Shown here: piece after piece, positions 43,074-53,300 of the stretch
Layout of the letters: each line of letters begins with the position of its first letter
Numbering within the stretch: position 1 is the first letter of the stretch
Assembly: GCA_009838195.1 (NCBI GenBank)
Contig: VXSC01000002.1
Span: 82,139-146,138 of the forward strand
Direction of reading: 5' to 3'
Source: Rhodothermaceae bacterium
GTDB taxonomy: Bacteria; Bacteroidota; Rhodothermia; Rhodothermales; Bin80
DNA: 64,000 bases
Made by a program: the position numbers and the translations under genes
Notes under the pieces: model-generated
What the model was told of the DNA's origin: nothing
The model's input: only the letters and a program-made list of their open reading frames with translations
Databases searched by the model: none

Positions 43074-44495
43074 ATGGAATATCAGGCAAGTTTACAGCTT
43101 ACATCGTCAGGATCGACCTACTCTACACGTCAAAAAATTGGCTTAGCCCTCATTGGAGTTGGTCTCTTGGCACTTCTGGTTACTTTTTTGGGGGAAGGGG
43201 CGCTGAATCCTACGGTTACGTTTGCATTTTCACTTGTGGGGCTGCTGTTTGGCAGTGGGATTCTTTTTGCAGAGTTGCTTCGACAGCCAGCAGGGGTCAA
43301 CAATAATAGCGTATGGTTTTCCGGGGTGACTGCACGTGGGATGGCAGGATGGATACTGGGGATCGTATTTACCGGTTTCTATATCATCCTTTACTGGGCT
43401 CCCTCAAACCTTGAACAGCTCGTGCGGGCCACCGATGGCCTGAGTGTGGCGATACGTGGGGGCCCTGCGGACCAATGGTTTTTGTATGGACTTTTTTATA
43501 CCCTCGCCGTGCTCGTGATGGGAGCCCGGATGCTCATCAAGTACCGGGATAATCGCTACCAGATTCTGCGCACAATTTCGGTGATGTTTTTCCAGTTGGG
43601 GCTGGCGTTTTTGATCCCCAACCTTATGGTACTCTTGAATGAGCCAGAGTTTTATTTCAGTTATTTCTGGCCCCTCAAGTACGATTACCTGTGGCCGAGT
43701 ACGTTTAGCTCCTTGACACAAGGGCCTGGTCTGGGGATTTTTCTGTTATTCTGGACCGCTGTAATGACCGTGATTGCCACGCCGGTCTTAACCTATTTCT
43801 ATGGGAAGCGCTGGTATTGCTCATGGGTCTGTGGTTGTGGTGGTCTCGCAGAGACGGCAGGGGACCCGTTCCGGCATCTTTCTGACAAGTCAACCAAGGC
43901 ATGGAAAATAGAGCGCTGGATGGTACACAGCGTTCTCGTTTTCGTGGTAGTGACGACCCTGATGCTCTGGGGCAATCAGTGGATGGGCGGCAGCCTGCTG
44001 GGTGGGATGTCACAAGAGTTTTCAAGATGGTATGGATTCTTTATCGGGTTGATTTTTGCCGGAGTGATCGGCGTTGGTTTCTATCCAATCATGGGATCCC
44101 GTGTGTGGTGTCGATTTGGATGCCCAATGGCGGCTGTGCTTGGTATTTTGCAAAAGTATTTCTCCAGATTCAGGATCACGACCAACGGCGGGCAATGTAT
44201 TTCGTGTGGGAACTGCTCAACCTACTGCGAAATGGGGATTGATGTAAGGTGGTATGCGCAAAGAGGCCAGAATATTGTGCGTGCCTCCTGTGTGGGATGC
44301 GGGATGTGTGCGACGGTGTGTCCCCGAGGTGTGCTCCGTTTGGAGAATGGGCCGATGGAAGCCAGGTATAATGGTCCGGTGTTAATTCACCATGATGACA
44401 TGTCTGTACAGCTAGATGATACGTGGAGGAAATCCCGCCCTCTCATGCCGTCGTTCCAGGAGGATCTACCCATCCTGACGGATGATGATCTTTGA
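43074..44495 (+). CDS. Polytopic membrane protein with 4Fe-4S dicluster (NapH/MauN-like)
   Basis: Multiple TM helices, WYCSWVCGCG, WCRFGCP, CISCGNCSTYC and CVGCGMCATVCP. Confidence 0.88.
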   Translation: MEYQASLQLTSSGSTYSTRQKIGLALIGVGLLALLVTFLGEGALNPTVTFAFSLVGLLFGSGILFAELLRQPAGVNNNSVWFSGVTARGMAGWILGIVFTGFYIILYWAPSNLEQLVRATDGLSVAIRGGPADQWFLYGLFYTLAVLVMGARMLIKYRDNRYQILRTISVMFFQLGLAFLIPNLMVLLNEPEFYFSYFWPLKYDYLWPSTFSSLTQGPGLGIFLLFWTAVMTVIATPVLTYFYGKRWYCSWVCGCGGLAETAGDPFRHLSDKSTKAWKIERWMVHSVLVFVVVTTLMLWGNQWMGGSLLGGMSQEFSRWYGFFIGLIFAGVIGVGFYPIMGSRVWCRFGCPMAAVLGILQKYFSRFRITTNGGQCISCGNCSTYCEMGIDVRWYAQRGQNIVRASCVGCGMCATVCPRGVLRLENGPMEARYNGPVLIHHDDMSVQLDDTWRKSRPLMPSFQEDLPILTDDDL

Positions 44496-44540
44496 GTATG
44501 TGCTTATGAAGTTGATCTCAGAGTAAACCCAATCTGAACC

Positions 44541-45464
44541 GTGCAGCTTCTGAGCAGCGAACTTCCTACATGGCTGGTGGATGTGCAATTTCGTGGGCGA
44601 CCACGTCTGATTGCCTGTGCAGTGCTTGAAACGAACCAGGGATTGACGTTGATTGACCCAGGGCCTTCAAGCACGCTGCATATGCTGGAACAGGCATTGA
44701 AATCTCATGGTGGATTGAAGGCAGTTCAGAACGTGGTTCTAACACATATTCATTTGGATCACGCCGGCTGCTCAGGCCGATTGGCAGCAGTTCTGCCGAA
44801 GCTGAACATTTATGTGCATCCAGTCGGAGTACGTCATCTGATTAACCCTGAACGGCTGATTCAGAGTGCTCGGCGGATTTACGGAGAGCGAATGGATCCG
44901 TTATGGGGAGAGATCCTGCCAATTCCTGCAAGCCAGGTTCATACGGTAGAAGATGGAGCTGTCCTGGATATAGGTGGTCGCAAATTAAGGTCCTGCTATA
45001 CGCCCGGACATGCCTCTCATAATATTGCGTGGCTAGAGGATGAAGCGGCAGTGGCATTCACCGGTGATGCTGTAGGGATGAGGATTGAAGGTGCAGACTA
45101 TATTATTCCTGTCGCGCCACCACCGGATATCGATCTGGTTCTCTGGGAGGAGTCGCTTACAAGACTGGAGGAGGAGGCCCCCAAGAAGCTGTTTCTGACC
45201 CATTTTGGCGTTGTACACGATGTAAAGAAACATCTATCTGAAATGCGTAGACGACTGCGTGCATGGGCGGGTGCAGTTCAGAACTCCCTGAAGGATGATT
45301 CCGAATCCGATGCCGTGCGGGCAAAAGCCTTTCATGCCTCAGAAATGAAGCAGATGCACACCCTGGTGGACGAATCATTTCGAGAGCCATACAACTATAT
45401 GGGGCAGCCGTGTGAGAGCTGGTACGGCTTTGCGCGCTATTGGCGCAAAAAGGAAGGGAAATAG
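44541..45464 (+). CDS. MBL-fold metallo-hydrolase
   Basis: THIHLDHAG, TPGHASH, FTGDA and LTHFG. Confidence 0.9.
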   Translation: MQLLSSELPTWLVDVQFRGRPRLIACAVLETNQGLTLIDPGPSSTLHMLEQALKSHGGLKAVQNVVLTHIHLDHAGCSGRLAAVLPKLNIYVHPVGVRHLINPERLIQSARRIYGERMDPLWGEILPIPASQVHTVEDGAVLDIGGRKLRSCYTPGHASHNIAWLEDEAAVAFTGDAVGMRIEGADYIIPVAPPPDIDLVLWEESLTRLEEEAPKKLFLTHFGVVHDVKKHLSEMRRRLRAWAGAVQNSLKDDSESDAVRAKAFHASEMKQMHTLVDESFREPYNYMGQPCESWYGFARYWRKKEGK

Positions 45465-45598
45465 GGTCGCGCGTAGCCATGTCATCCGCTCCATCTTGCG
45501 GCTCAGGTGGTGCAAGTAAAATAGATAGATCTCCATCCAGCGGCAGATATTCGTGTATGCGCGTATAAGTTTGGATATTTATAAAAATTTCGAATAAT

Positions 45599-46072
45599 AT
45601 GGCGAAAATCTGGAAAAGTGATATAACCGTGGAACGACTGAACAGTCGAGGAAAAGGGACGATGGTGGAGCACCTTGACATCAGGTTCACGGAGATCGGT
45701 CCTGATTACCTGCGCGCATCCATGCCGGTAGACCATCGCACGAATCAACCCATCGGACTGTTGCATGGGGGAGCTTCGGTCGTACTGGCGGAAACCTTGG
45801 GGAGCGTTGCAGGGGTCCTGTGTGTGGACGTCAGGAAACAGTTTGTGGTGGGGCTTGAGGTCAATGCAAATCACTTAAGGCCAGTCCGAAGTGGCCGTGT
45901 AACAGGCACAGCACGTCCGCTGCATCTTGGACGAAAAACTCAGGTCTGGCAAATCGATATCGTAGACGAACAGGACTGGCAGGTTACAGCCAGTCGCTTA
46001 ACCGTAGCGGTTCTCGAGTGGGGAGCAAATACCCCGGGGCTTGAAGAGCGAATTGCATGGCTTACGCAGTAA
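45599..46072 (+). CDS. Hotdog-fold thioesterase (YdiI/MenI-like)
   Basis: MPVD.RT.QP.GLLHGGASVVLAETLGS, GLEVNANH and TQVWQI. Confidence 0.9.
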   Translation: MAKIWKSDITVERLNSRGKGTMVEHLDIRFTEIGPDYLRASMPVDHRTNQPIGLLHGGASVVLAETLGSVAGVLCVDVRKQFVVGLEVNANHLRPVRSGRVTGTARPLHLGRKTQVWQIDIVDEQDWQVTASRLTVAVLEWGANTPGLEERIAWLTQ

Positions 46073-46698
46073 AAGAGATTTACTATACACTTCAGGGAGA
46101 GGGCCATATGACAGGGCGCCCTGCAGTCTTCCTGCGGTTTACCGGCTGTAACCTCTGGAGTGGGCATGAAAAAGATCGTTCCAGTGCAACCTGCCAGTTC
46201 TGTGACACAGACTTTGTCGGTACGGATGGAATTGGAGGCGGGCGCTTTGCAACACCGGCAGCACTTACGAATGCAGTTTGCGCAGCTTGGCCTGGTACAG
46301 CATCCACCCGTGCCAAACCCTATGTGGTCTGTACGGGGGGAGAGCCTCTTTTACAGATGGATCGCACCTTGATTCGGGCCCTTCAGGAACGTGGTTTTGA
46401 GGTTGCTGTGGAAACCAACGGTACACTGCTTCCACCTGATGGATTGGACTGGATTTGCGTAAGCCCCAAAGCAGGCGCCCCCTTAGTGCTGAAGAGCGGC
46501 AATGAACTCAAACTCGTGTTCCCGCAACCGGATGCAATGCCAGCGGAGTTTGAAATGCTGGATTTTGAGTATTTCTTTTTACAACCAATGGACGGTCCCA
46601 ATCTTGCTGAGAATACCCAGAAAGCCCTGAGCTACTGCCTTGAACATCCGCAGTGGAGGCTCAGTGTTCAGACACATAAAGTCTTGGATATTCCCTGA
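46057..46698 (+). CDS. queE: 7-carboxy-7-deazaguanine synthase
   Basis: EIYYTLQGEG, CX14CX2C radical-SAM variant (GCNLWSG...CQFCDT), TGGEP, ETNGT, VSPK and QTHK. Confidence 0.96.
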   Translation: MAYAVKEIYYTLQGEGHMTGRPAVFLRFTGCNLWSGHEKDRSSATCQFCDTDFVGTDGIGGGRFATPAALTNAVCAAWPGTASTRAKPYVVCTGGEPLLQMDRTLIRALQERGFEVAVETNGTLLPPDGLDWICVSPKAGAPLVLKSGNELKLVFPQPDAMPAEFEMLDFEYFFLQPMDGPNLAENTQKALSYCLEHPQWRLSVQTHKVLDIP

Positions 46699-47604
46699 TT
46701 AGAATGGCAAGGGGGTTCCTTCGGACCTAGTCTTTTCCCAGTAGGCGTCACGCAGTTGCAAGGTGAGAGGGCCTGGCTTGCCAGTGCCAATGATTCGTCC
46801 ATCCACTTCGAGGACAGGGGTCAACTCCCCCATTGTGCCAGTGGTGAACATCTCGTTTGCCGTATACATGTCGGTGATGGAAAGATTCATCTCACGACAG
46901 GGAATATTCAGGTCCCGGGACATTCCGAGAATTTTTGCACGTGTAATTCCGGGTAGACAGCTGTCTGGCCAGGGGGTCAGGAGTCGTCTGTTTTTCACGA
47001 GAAAGATGTTTGTTGCATTGGTTTCAGAGAGGTATCCGTGGATGTCCAGCATGACTGCATCATCCACCCCGGCTAAGTTCGCCTGGATTTTCGCGAGGAT
47101 ATTGTTGATGAGGTTATTGTGGTGAATTTTGGAGTCCAAACACTGTGGAGTATTGCGGCGGATGGAAGAGGTGATCAAGCGAATGCCGCTTTCTGCATAA
47201 ACCGGTTTTTTCCACTCTGCCAGCACAATGAGCGTGGGGCCGTGTACATTGAGGCGGGGATCCATCCCGGAAGTGGTTTTTTCTCCTCGGGTCAAGGTCA
47301 GTCTTACGTGGGTATCGTCACGCATCCCATTGGCTTTTAGGGTGGCAAAGAGGGCATCACGGACAAATTCATGTGTAGGGAGGTCTACAAATCCCATGGC
47401 ATGTGCAGATTGCATGAGCCGAGCCATGTGTGCATCCAACTCAAAGACACGTCCATCGTAGACGCGCAGGCCCTCCCAAACCGCATCCCCGCCCTGGACA
47501 ACGCTGTCAAATACAGAAACCTTTGCCTCAGATCGGGGCACCAGGCGATCCTTGACCCATACCATGATGGTGTTGTTACGCTCGTCGGGTAGAGAGATGT
47601 GCAT
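46699..47604 (-). CDS. Class IV PLP aminotransferase (BCAT-like)
   Basis: VSVFDS..QGGDAVWEG, KIHHNNL, ETNATN, CLPGITR and TGTMGEL. Confidence 0.9.
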   Translation of the reverse strand: MHISLPDERNNTIMVWVKDRLVPRSEAKVSVFDSVVQGGDAVWEGLRVYDGRVFELDAHMARLMQSAHAMGFVDLPTHEFVRDALFATLKANGMRDDTHVRLTLTRGEKTTSGMDPRLNVHGPTLIVLAEWKKPVYAESGIRLITSSIRRNTPQCLDSKIHHNNLINNILAKIQANLAGVDDAVMLDIHGYLSETNATNIFLVKNRRLLTPWPDSCLPGITRAKILGMSRDLNIPCREMNLSITDMYTANEMFTTGTMGELTPVLEVDGRIIGTGKPGPLTLQLRDAYWEKTRSEGTPLPF

Positions 47605-47611
47605 GATTGGT

Positions 47612-48331
47612 TTAAGCTTTTAGAGCGTGGTGATATAAGTAATTATAATAGGGAATACACTCATTGAGTAATGGACGCAGAAAATCAGGGAAGGGAGCTG
47701 ATTTATGTGTGTAGGGTGCGAAGCCTGTAGACTTATGAAGCACATGATACCAGTGCGGGGCCCAGACACCATCCTCCGGGATTGGTTTTGCTTCCCAGTG
47801 GAGCATGATTGGATCAAAATTGATTCCAAGTTCTGAACACAGATTGCGAAGGATTTTTTCAGGGTCGGTTAAGACTTCGCGTGCATCAAGAACGCATGGA
47901 GATTTTCCACGGTGTGTCAGATAGTCGAAAACTTTCCGCTGCATGGCTAATGCTGTATCCGCAAGTTTGGGCCGCGGAACCTGATTGATGAGTGAGGGGA
48001 GCATCTGTTCGGGGTCACGAATCAGGATCACCGTGGTCATCTGATCCAGGAATCCCCAGTCTAGATCAATCAAATGATGTCCCATATTTTTGACGAAAAG
48101 TATAGGATGATCGCACGGCTCCAGGAGAGTTTCCTGGACGACCTTTTCCCCGGAATGCTCCATTGTGGCCAGGATCTCATCTCGGCCGGGATGTGATGCA
48201 CCCGTACTTCGAAGGTAATGGGCATAAAGCGGCTCGTCAATCACATGTGTATCCGGGCGTTGGGCGAATGAATACATGAGTGCTGTAGACACATTGCGGG
48301 GGCCACTGCACAAGTGAATTCGTAAGCACAT
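47612..48331 (-). CDS. Sulfotransferase-like P-loop protein
   Basis: SGPRNVSTALMYSFAQR, DEPLYA, LIRDP, ML.W and DGVWAPHWY. Confidence 0.8.
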   Translation of the reverse strand: MCLRIHLCSGPRNVSTALMYSFAQRPDTHVIDEPLYAHYLRSTGASHPGRDEILATMEHSGEKVVQETLLEPCDHPILFVKNMGHHLIDLDWGFLDQMTTVILIRDPEQMLPSLINQVPRPKLADTALAMQRKVFDYLTHRGKSPCVLDAREVLTDPEKILRNLCSELGINFDPIMLHWEAKPIPEDGVWAPHWYHVLHKSTGFAPYTHKSAPFPDFLRPLLNECIPYYNYLYHHALKA

Positions 48332-48433
48332 GGCAAATTTGTTTCAGATGGAGAAATACGGTAACATGTACGGGTCACGCGTATCAAACAACCTGCCTTG
48401 GTACATGTTGACGATCAATCCACCGTTAAATTC

Positions 48434-49228
48434 ATGGAGTCACTGGAAAATTTTTTCCGTACGCTATTAGAGGAAGCTGGGCGTCGTGCAATGAGCTACT
48501 TTCTTCGCACGACTCATGAGATCAAACGGGACGGTTCACCGGTTACCGCCGCAGATAAAGCTGTTCAGGAATATCTGGTCGCTGCGATTATGCGCAAGTT
48601 TCCCCAAGATGGAATCATCGCGGAGGAAGATGAGGTGTTACGCAGCCCGCGGCAGGGCTCACGCTATTGGACAATCGACCCGATTGACGGCACCGTTTCG
48701 TTCATGGCGGGGATGGCAAGTTGGGGGATCGCCGTTGGATTGATCGAAGAAAACGTACCGGTTGCGGGGTTCATCTATCTTCCTGCAACCAGGGATCTGT
48801 TTTATTCGAATGGAACACATGTATGGAGAAATTCTCAACCCAGGTTACTTACCACGGATCGTTCCTTGCACACAAACACCATCTTGCTGACTCATGCACG
48901 TCCTCATCAGCGCTATACACTTCGGCGGTCGTTTCCAGGCCGTGTTCTATCTCTAGGAACGGCATCGGCGCATTTGAGCCTGGTAGCAACTGGGGGTGCT
49001 CATGTGGTTCTGATCGGCCACGATAAAGTCTGGGATCTGGCTCCAGGCTATGCGATGCTATCTGCCAATGGCGGGGTTCTACGCTATCTCGATGGAACAG
49101 ACTGTGACCTCTCTACTCTCTTGGATGGGCGGTCGGCACCGTTGCCAATGCTCGGAGGCCCGGCGTCTTTGGTAGAAGAAATCCTGTCTCACCTGGATTA
49201 CTGGGCGATCCCCAGCGTAGCGGTTTAG
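48434..49228 (+). CDS. Inositol monophosphatase family protein
   Basis: PVTAAD, AEE, WTIDPIDGT and WDLA. Confidence 0.9.
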   Translation: MESLENFFRTLLEEAGRRAMSYFLRTTHEIKRDGSPVTAADKAVQEYLVAAIMRKFPQDGIIAEEDEVLRSPRQGSRYWTIDPIDGTVSFMAGMASWGIAVGLIEENVPVAGFIYLPATRDLFYSNGTHVWRNSQPRLLTTDRSLHTNTILLTHARPHQRYTLRRSFPGRVLSLGTASAHLSLVATGGAHVVLIGHDKVWDLAPGYAMLSANGGVLRYLDGTDCDLSTLLDGRSAPLPMLGGPASLVEEILSHLDYWAIPSVAV

Positions 49229-49294
49229 GGATAGGATAGAAGGCGAAGGATTGTTGTGCAAGTAGGGTCTCGGAATAGCTCAAAATCCGAAGTC

Positions 49295-50809
49295 CTACAT
49301 GAATTCGTCCACACAAATTCGACGTGCATCCTGTCCAGCATGTGCTAGAATGCCGTCCGCGATGTTGCGCTGATCACTCATTCTGGGGACCTTTGTCTGG
49401 CTACGGATCTGTCCCTTACTGGTTTTCAGCCATGCGTTGAAGGTCCCCTCTGGGACAAGCACGATCTCGGGTGGCCGGAAGGCTTTCGCCTCACGGCGAG
49501 TTTGATAATGCCGGTTTATATCACAAAGTGCAAAATCCAGTGATCGGATAAATGCCTCGCAGTCGTGAGGGATTCGGCTAAACTCAAGGAGCCATTCATG
49601 GGTCGGAGTCTGCGTACCATTTGGGGGAATGGCAGAAACGTGGTATTCCCGAACAAGACTATCTGTAACGTCACAGGTCTTGTTGATTGCTTCACGGGCA
49701 TCCTCGCCGAAAACGGCTTCTCCATATTTGTCAATCATCTCTGATGTTCTGCCGGCAACCACAATCTTGTGCGGGGAGGTATTGGTAAAACGAATCACAT
49801 CGCCCAATACGTAGGACCAGAGTCCACTGCATGTGGTGAGGATTGGAGCATATCTTACCCCGGTTTTTACATGCTCGATGGTCAATCTCCTCGGATTCTC
49901 TGATGTGAGTTCATCTAGTGGGACAAACTCGTAGAAGACACCATTATTTAGATGCAGATGCATGGCGGGGTCGCTTAAGTCGGTTTGATAGGAAAAAAAT
50001 CCCTCCGAAGCACCGTAGACTTCCAGAAAATCTATGTTAGGTAAGCCAATCTGCTCTTCAAGAATGGATCGATAGGAGCTAAGGGCGACCCCTCCTGAAA
50101 TATACAGTTGCAGTTTGGGCCATACCTCTCCAACGGTTCTCACACTGGTTCCATTCACCTCATTGTACCGCTCAATTAATAGCCCAAAAACTACCAGGGC
50201 CCATGTTGGAGCCATCGCTACCAAACGAATATCTTGGTTCATCGTTTGGTCGACAACAGAGCGCAATTTTGTATCCCAGTCAGGAGCAAACGCAATCGAA
50301 GACGGAAGTGCCTGCAGGAAAAGCCTGAAGACTCCAGGGGCAAAAAGAGTTTGCAATCCACTGACCTCCCCGATGAGTGTACTGGGGAAATTGGGATCGC
50401 CTTCAATGGTTCCGGGAAGTGTTAGATGTTTACCAAGAAGAGTTTTGACAGACCTTGAGCGCATCAAATACTGCAAGGTAAGCGTCACTGCAAAACTGCG
50501 ATTCAACTGGAGCATATCCTTACTGAGAGGAATTACTTTCCCTTTTGAAGCAGTTCCACTTGAGACGGCAAAATGTTTAATCCCACCGGGCCAAAATAGA
50601 TCTTCTGCACCCGCTCGCACTTGATCCACGAACGGTTGAATATCATCATAAGTGTGAATGGGTACGCGGGCCTGATATGCTTTCACGACATCCGATTCTT
50701 GGGCAATTCGTGCAAACTCAAACCTCTGCCCCCACTCGGTGTTTGAAGCGCGACGTAGCAAGCGGCGCAGCAACTTGGCTTGTATTTTGGCAGGTGCGCG
50801 TTGATTCAT
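49295..50809 (-). CDS. GH3 auxin-responsive-family (adenylating ligase) protein
   Basis: FAVSSGT, YGASEGFF, FYEFVP, Y.LGD, GRT and QTKVPR. Confidence 0.88.
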   Translation of the reverse strand: MNQRAPAKIQAKLLRRLLRRASNTEWGQRFEFARIAQESDVVKAYQARVPIHTYDDIQPFVDQVRAGAEDLFWPGGIKHFAVSSGTASKGKVIPLSKDMLQLNRSFAVTLTLQYLMRSRSVKTLLGKHLTLPGTIEGDPNFPSTLIGEVSGLQTLFAPGVFRLFLQALPSSIAFAPDWDTKLRSVVDQTMNQDIRLVAMAPTWALVVFGLLIERYNEVNGTSVRTVGEVWPKLQLYISGGVALSSYRSILEEQIGLPNIDFLEVYGASEGFFSYQTDLSDPAMHLHLNNGVFYEFVPLDELTSENPRRLTIEHVKTGVRYAPILTTCSGLWSYVLGDVIRFTNTSPHKIVVAGRTSEMIDKYGEAVFGEDAREAINKTCDVTDSLVREYHVSAIPPNGTQTPTHEWLLEFSRIPHDCEAFIRSLDFALCDINRHYQTRREAKAFRPPEIVLVPEGTFNAWLKTSKGQIRSQTKVPRMSDQRNIADGILAHAGQDARRICVDEFM

Positions 50810-50921
50810 AATTTAGGCGGAGATCGCAACGGACAGAAAATGGGATTGGTCTGAGTAGTTATGTTGGCCTCCAGCCACGCACGTTTATGATTGATTCGCA
50901 CCGTTAAACACACATAGGAAG

Positions 50922-51842
50922 ATGCAGGATCCACAGAATATCACAGATCACTCCGCAAACGAGAGGCCTTCTGGCTTGATCTGCCGAGATCAGTGGCTTG
51001 ATTGTGCTAACGGTACTGTGATCATGGGGATTTTGAATGTGACCCCGGACTCTTTTTATGACGGTGGTAAATATACCAGCACATCTGAAGCATTAAGCCG
51101 CGCCGAGGTCATGCTTGAGGAAGGGGCAGCGATTATTGATGTCGGAGGTGCCTCATCGCGCCCACGTGGTAGTGTTTATGGTGCGGGTGCGGAGCATGTC
51201 CCAGATGAATCCGAGATCAAGCGTATTATTCCTGTGATCAAGGCAATCCGGCAGTCATTTCCTGAGGCGATTATTTCCGCAGATACATTCAGCCCCACCG
51301 TTGCACTAAGGGCGCTTGATGCCGGAGCACACATGATCAATGATGTGTCTGGTCTGCAGAATGGATCTGCTTCGGCAGAGTATGCGGCTGAGGTGGGTGC
51401 AGCATATGTGGTGATGCATTCGGTTCGTCGTGAAGGCAGCTTAGTTCACGCTGCGGACTACAGTGATGTAGCTGTTGCAGTGTATGAAAGCTTGGCAGAG
51501 TCGGCAGAGCGGGCCCAAGAGGCGGGTGTAAAGAGCATTGTGATTGATCCTGGGTTTGGGTTTGGCAAACGGCACAGGGATAACTTGCGCTTGATCAAGC
51601 GCCTTGACTTACTCACCGAATTGCGGTATCCTGTACTGGTAGGGATATCTCGCAAGAGCACAGTTGGTCAGATTCTAAGTGATAATGGGGCACCGGCATC
51701 AGTCCATGATCGCTTGTTCGGATCACTTGGGATCGCGGCTGCGGCGGTACTTCGGGGAGCAAAGATTATCCGAACTCATGATGTTCGTGAAACCCGTGAA
51801 ATGATTCAAGGCTTGGAAGCAGTTTTACACGTCTCATCATGA
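50922..51842 (+). CDS. folP: Dihydropteroate synthase
   Basis: MGILNVTPDSF.DGG, INDVSG, DPGFGFGK, GISRKS and RTHDV. Confidence 0.97.
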   Translation: MQDPQNITDHSANERPSGLICRDQWLDCANGTVIMGILNVTPDSFYDGGKYTSTSEALSRAEVMLEEGAAIIDVGGASSRPRGSVYGAGAEHVPDESEIKRIIPVIKAIRQSFPEAIISADTFSPTVALRALDAGAHMINDVSGLQNGSASAEYAAEVGAAYVVMHSVRREGSLVHAADYSDVAVAVYESLAESAERAQEAGVKSIVIDPGFGFGKRHRDNLRLIKRLDLLTELRYPVLVGISRKSTVGQILSDNGAPASVHDRLFGSLGIAAAAVLRGAKIIRTHDVRETREMIQGLEAVLHVSS

Positions 51843-52633
51843 ATCTTTTTGGCATCATCCCTGTGCGGTTGATTGATCTGTTCGAGATCCTGCTGGTAGC
51901 CGTCGTGTTCTATCGGCTCTACATAACCATGCGCGGCACGTTGGCAGTGTCACTGTTTGTGGGGCTGCTGGGTCTTTTGTTTATCCAGTTTCTGGTCGAA
52001 GTGACGGACATGAAGGTTTTACAATTCATGTTTTCAGCTCTCAACGATATCTACGTATTGGCAGCAATCATTGTATTCCAGCCCGAGATTCGGCGGGTAT
52101 TGATCTTTTTGGGACAAACCCCGCTCCTTCGCCGCCTCTTTGCACCTGTAGGTAAAGAAGAGGTAGTCACCGAAATTGTTGCCGCGACTAGCACGTTGAG
52201 TCAGCAGAAATTGGGGGCGTTGATTGCATTCAAGCGTACCGATGGACTCCGAAGTTATGAGGAAACGGGAGAGTCTTTACGGGCGGTGATTACCAGAAAT
52301 CTCTTGGTGTCTATCTTTCACACGACTAGCCCTTTGCATGATGGAGCGGTCATTATTTCGGATAATCTTATTGAGGCAGCGCGCTGTATCTTGCCCGTTT
52401 CTCGCAGTAAGCGCTTAGGAGGGCAATTTGGAACAAGGCACAGGGCGGCTGTTGGGCTCACGGAAGAAACAGATGCATTTGTAGTGGTGGTATCCGAGGA
52501 AACCGGGAAAATCTCCGTTGCAGAGCAAGGTGTAATGATATCCGGACTCACGACAGAAGAGCTAAAAAGTCAATTATCTGAAGCTCTGAGCGCACGGATG
52601 TCCTCAGGTGGACTGGGGCAAACAGAAAAATAG
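51839..52633 (+). CDS. cdaA: Diadenylate cyclase CdaA
   Basis: Three N-terminal TMs, FQPEIRR, PLHDGA, GTRHRAA and VSEETG. Confidence 0.96.
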   Translation: MNLFGIIPVRLIDLFEILLVAVVFYRLYITMRGTLAVSLFVGLLGLLFIQFLVEVTDMKVLQFMFSALNDIYVLAAIIVFQPEIRRVLIFLGQTPLLRRLFAPVGKEEVVTEIVAATSTLSQQKLGALIAFKRTDGLRSYEETGESLRAVITRNLLVSIFHTTSPLHDGAVIISDNLIEAARCILPVSRSKRLGGQFGTRHRAAVGLTEETDAFVVVVSEETGKISVAEQGVMISGLTTEELKSQLSEALSARMSSGGLGQTEK

Positions 52634-52640
52634 TTTTAGT

Positions 52641-53300
52641 ATGGCGAAATCAGGTGGGGTTTATATCCGAAGGAGAGCGGAGTTGGTCGAAACGGTCAGA
52701 GAAAATGGTGTGACAGACGAGCGTGTTCTAGCTGCGATTGGACGGGTCAAGCGAGAACAGTTTATCGAGCCAGCCTTGCGGCATCGGGCCTACGAAGATT
52801 TGGCTCTGCCAATCGGTATGCGGCAGACAATTTCTCAACCGACTACGGTAGCATTTCAGACGATGCTGCTGGATACAGAACCGGGTGATAAGGTTCTCGA
52901 GATTGGTACCGGTAGTGGGTATCAAGCAGCGGTGCTTTGTGAGATGGGGGTCCGAGTCTACTCAGTTGAACGGCATCGAAGATTGCATGAGAGGGCAAAA
53001 TCAGCTCTGAATAAGCTTGACTATCGAGTATTACTGCGTGTTGGAGACGGGACCCAGGGATGGCCAGGTATCGCTCCATTCGATGGGATTATCGTAACCG
53101 CAGGAGCACTTGAAATTCCACAGAGGCTCCTTGAGCAGCTACGGGAGCCCAATGAACAAAAACGCGGTGGGCGTCTGGTCGTGCCGGTGGGAGATAAGAA
53201 CGGACAACTTATGACAAAGGTGACTCGGACTGGTAAAGACTCTTATGAATCAAGTAAGCGCGGAGATTTTTTATTCGTCCCGCTGGTGAGTTCTAAATAA
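52641..53300 (+). CDS. pcm: Protein-L-isoaspartate O-methyltransferase
   Basis: AYED.ALPIG..QTISQP, VLEIGTGSGYQAA, GDGT.GW and FVPL. Confidence 0.96.
   Translation: MAKSGGVYIRRRAELVETVRENGVTDERVLAAIGRVKREQFIEPALRHRAYEDLALPIGMRQTISQPTTVAFQTMLLDTEPGDKVLEIGTGSGYQAAVLCEMGVRVYSVERHRRLHERAKSALNKLDYRVLLRVGDGTQGWPGIAPFDGIIVTAGALEIPQRLLEQLREPNEQKRGGRLVVPVGDKNGQLMTKVTRTGKDSYESSKRGDFLFVPLVSSK

Noticed and set aside
50922..52633. folP-cdaA coupling as a novelty
   Set aside because: This is a commonly seen arrangement in Bacteroidota-related genomes.
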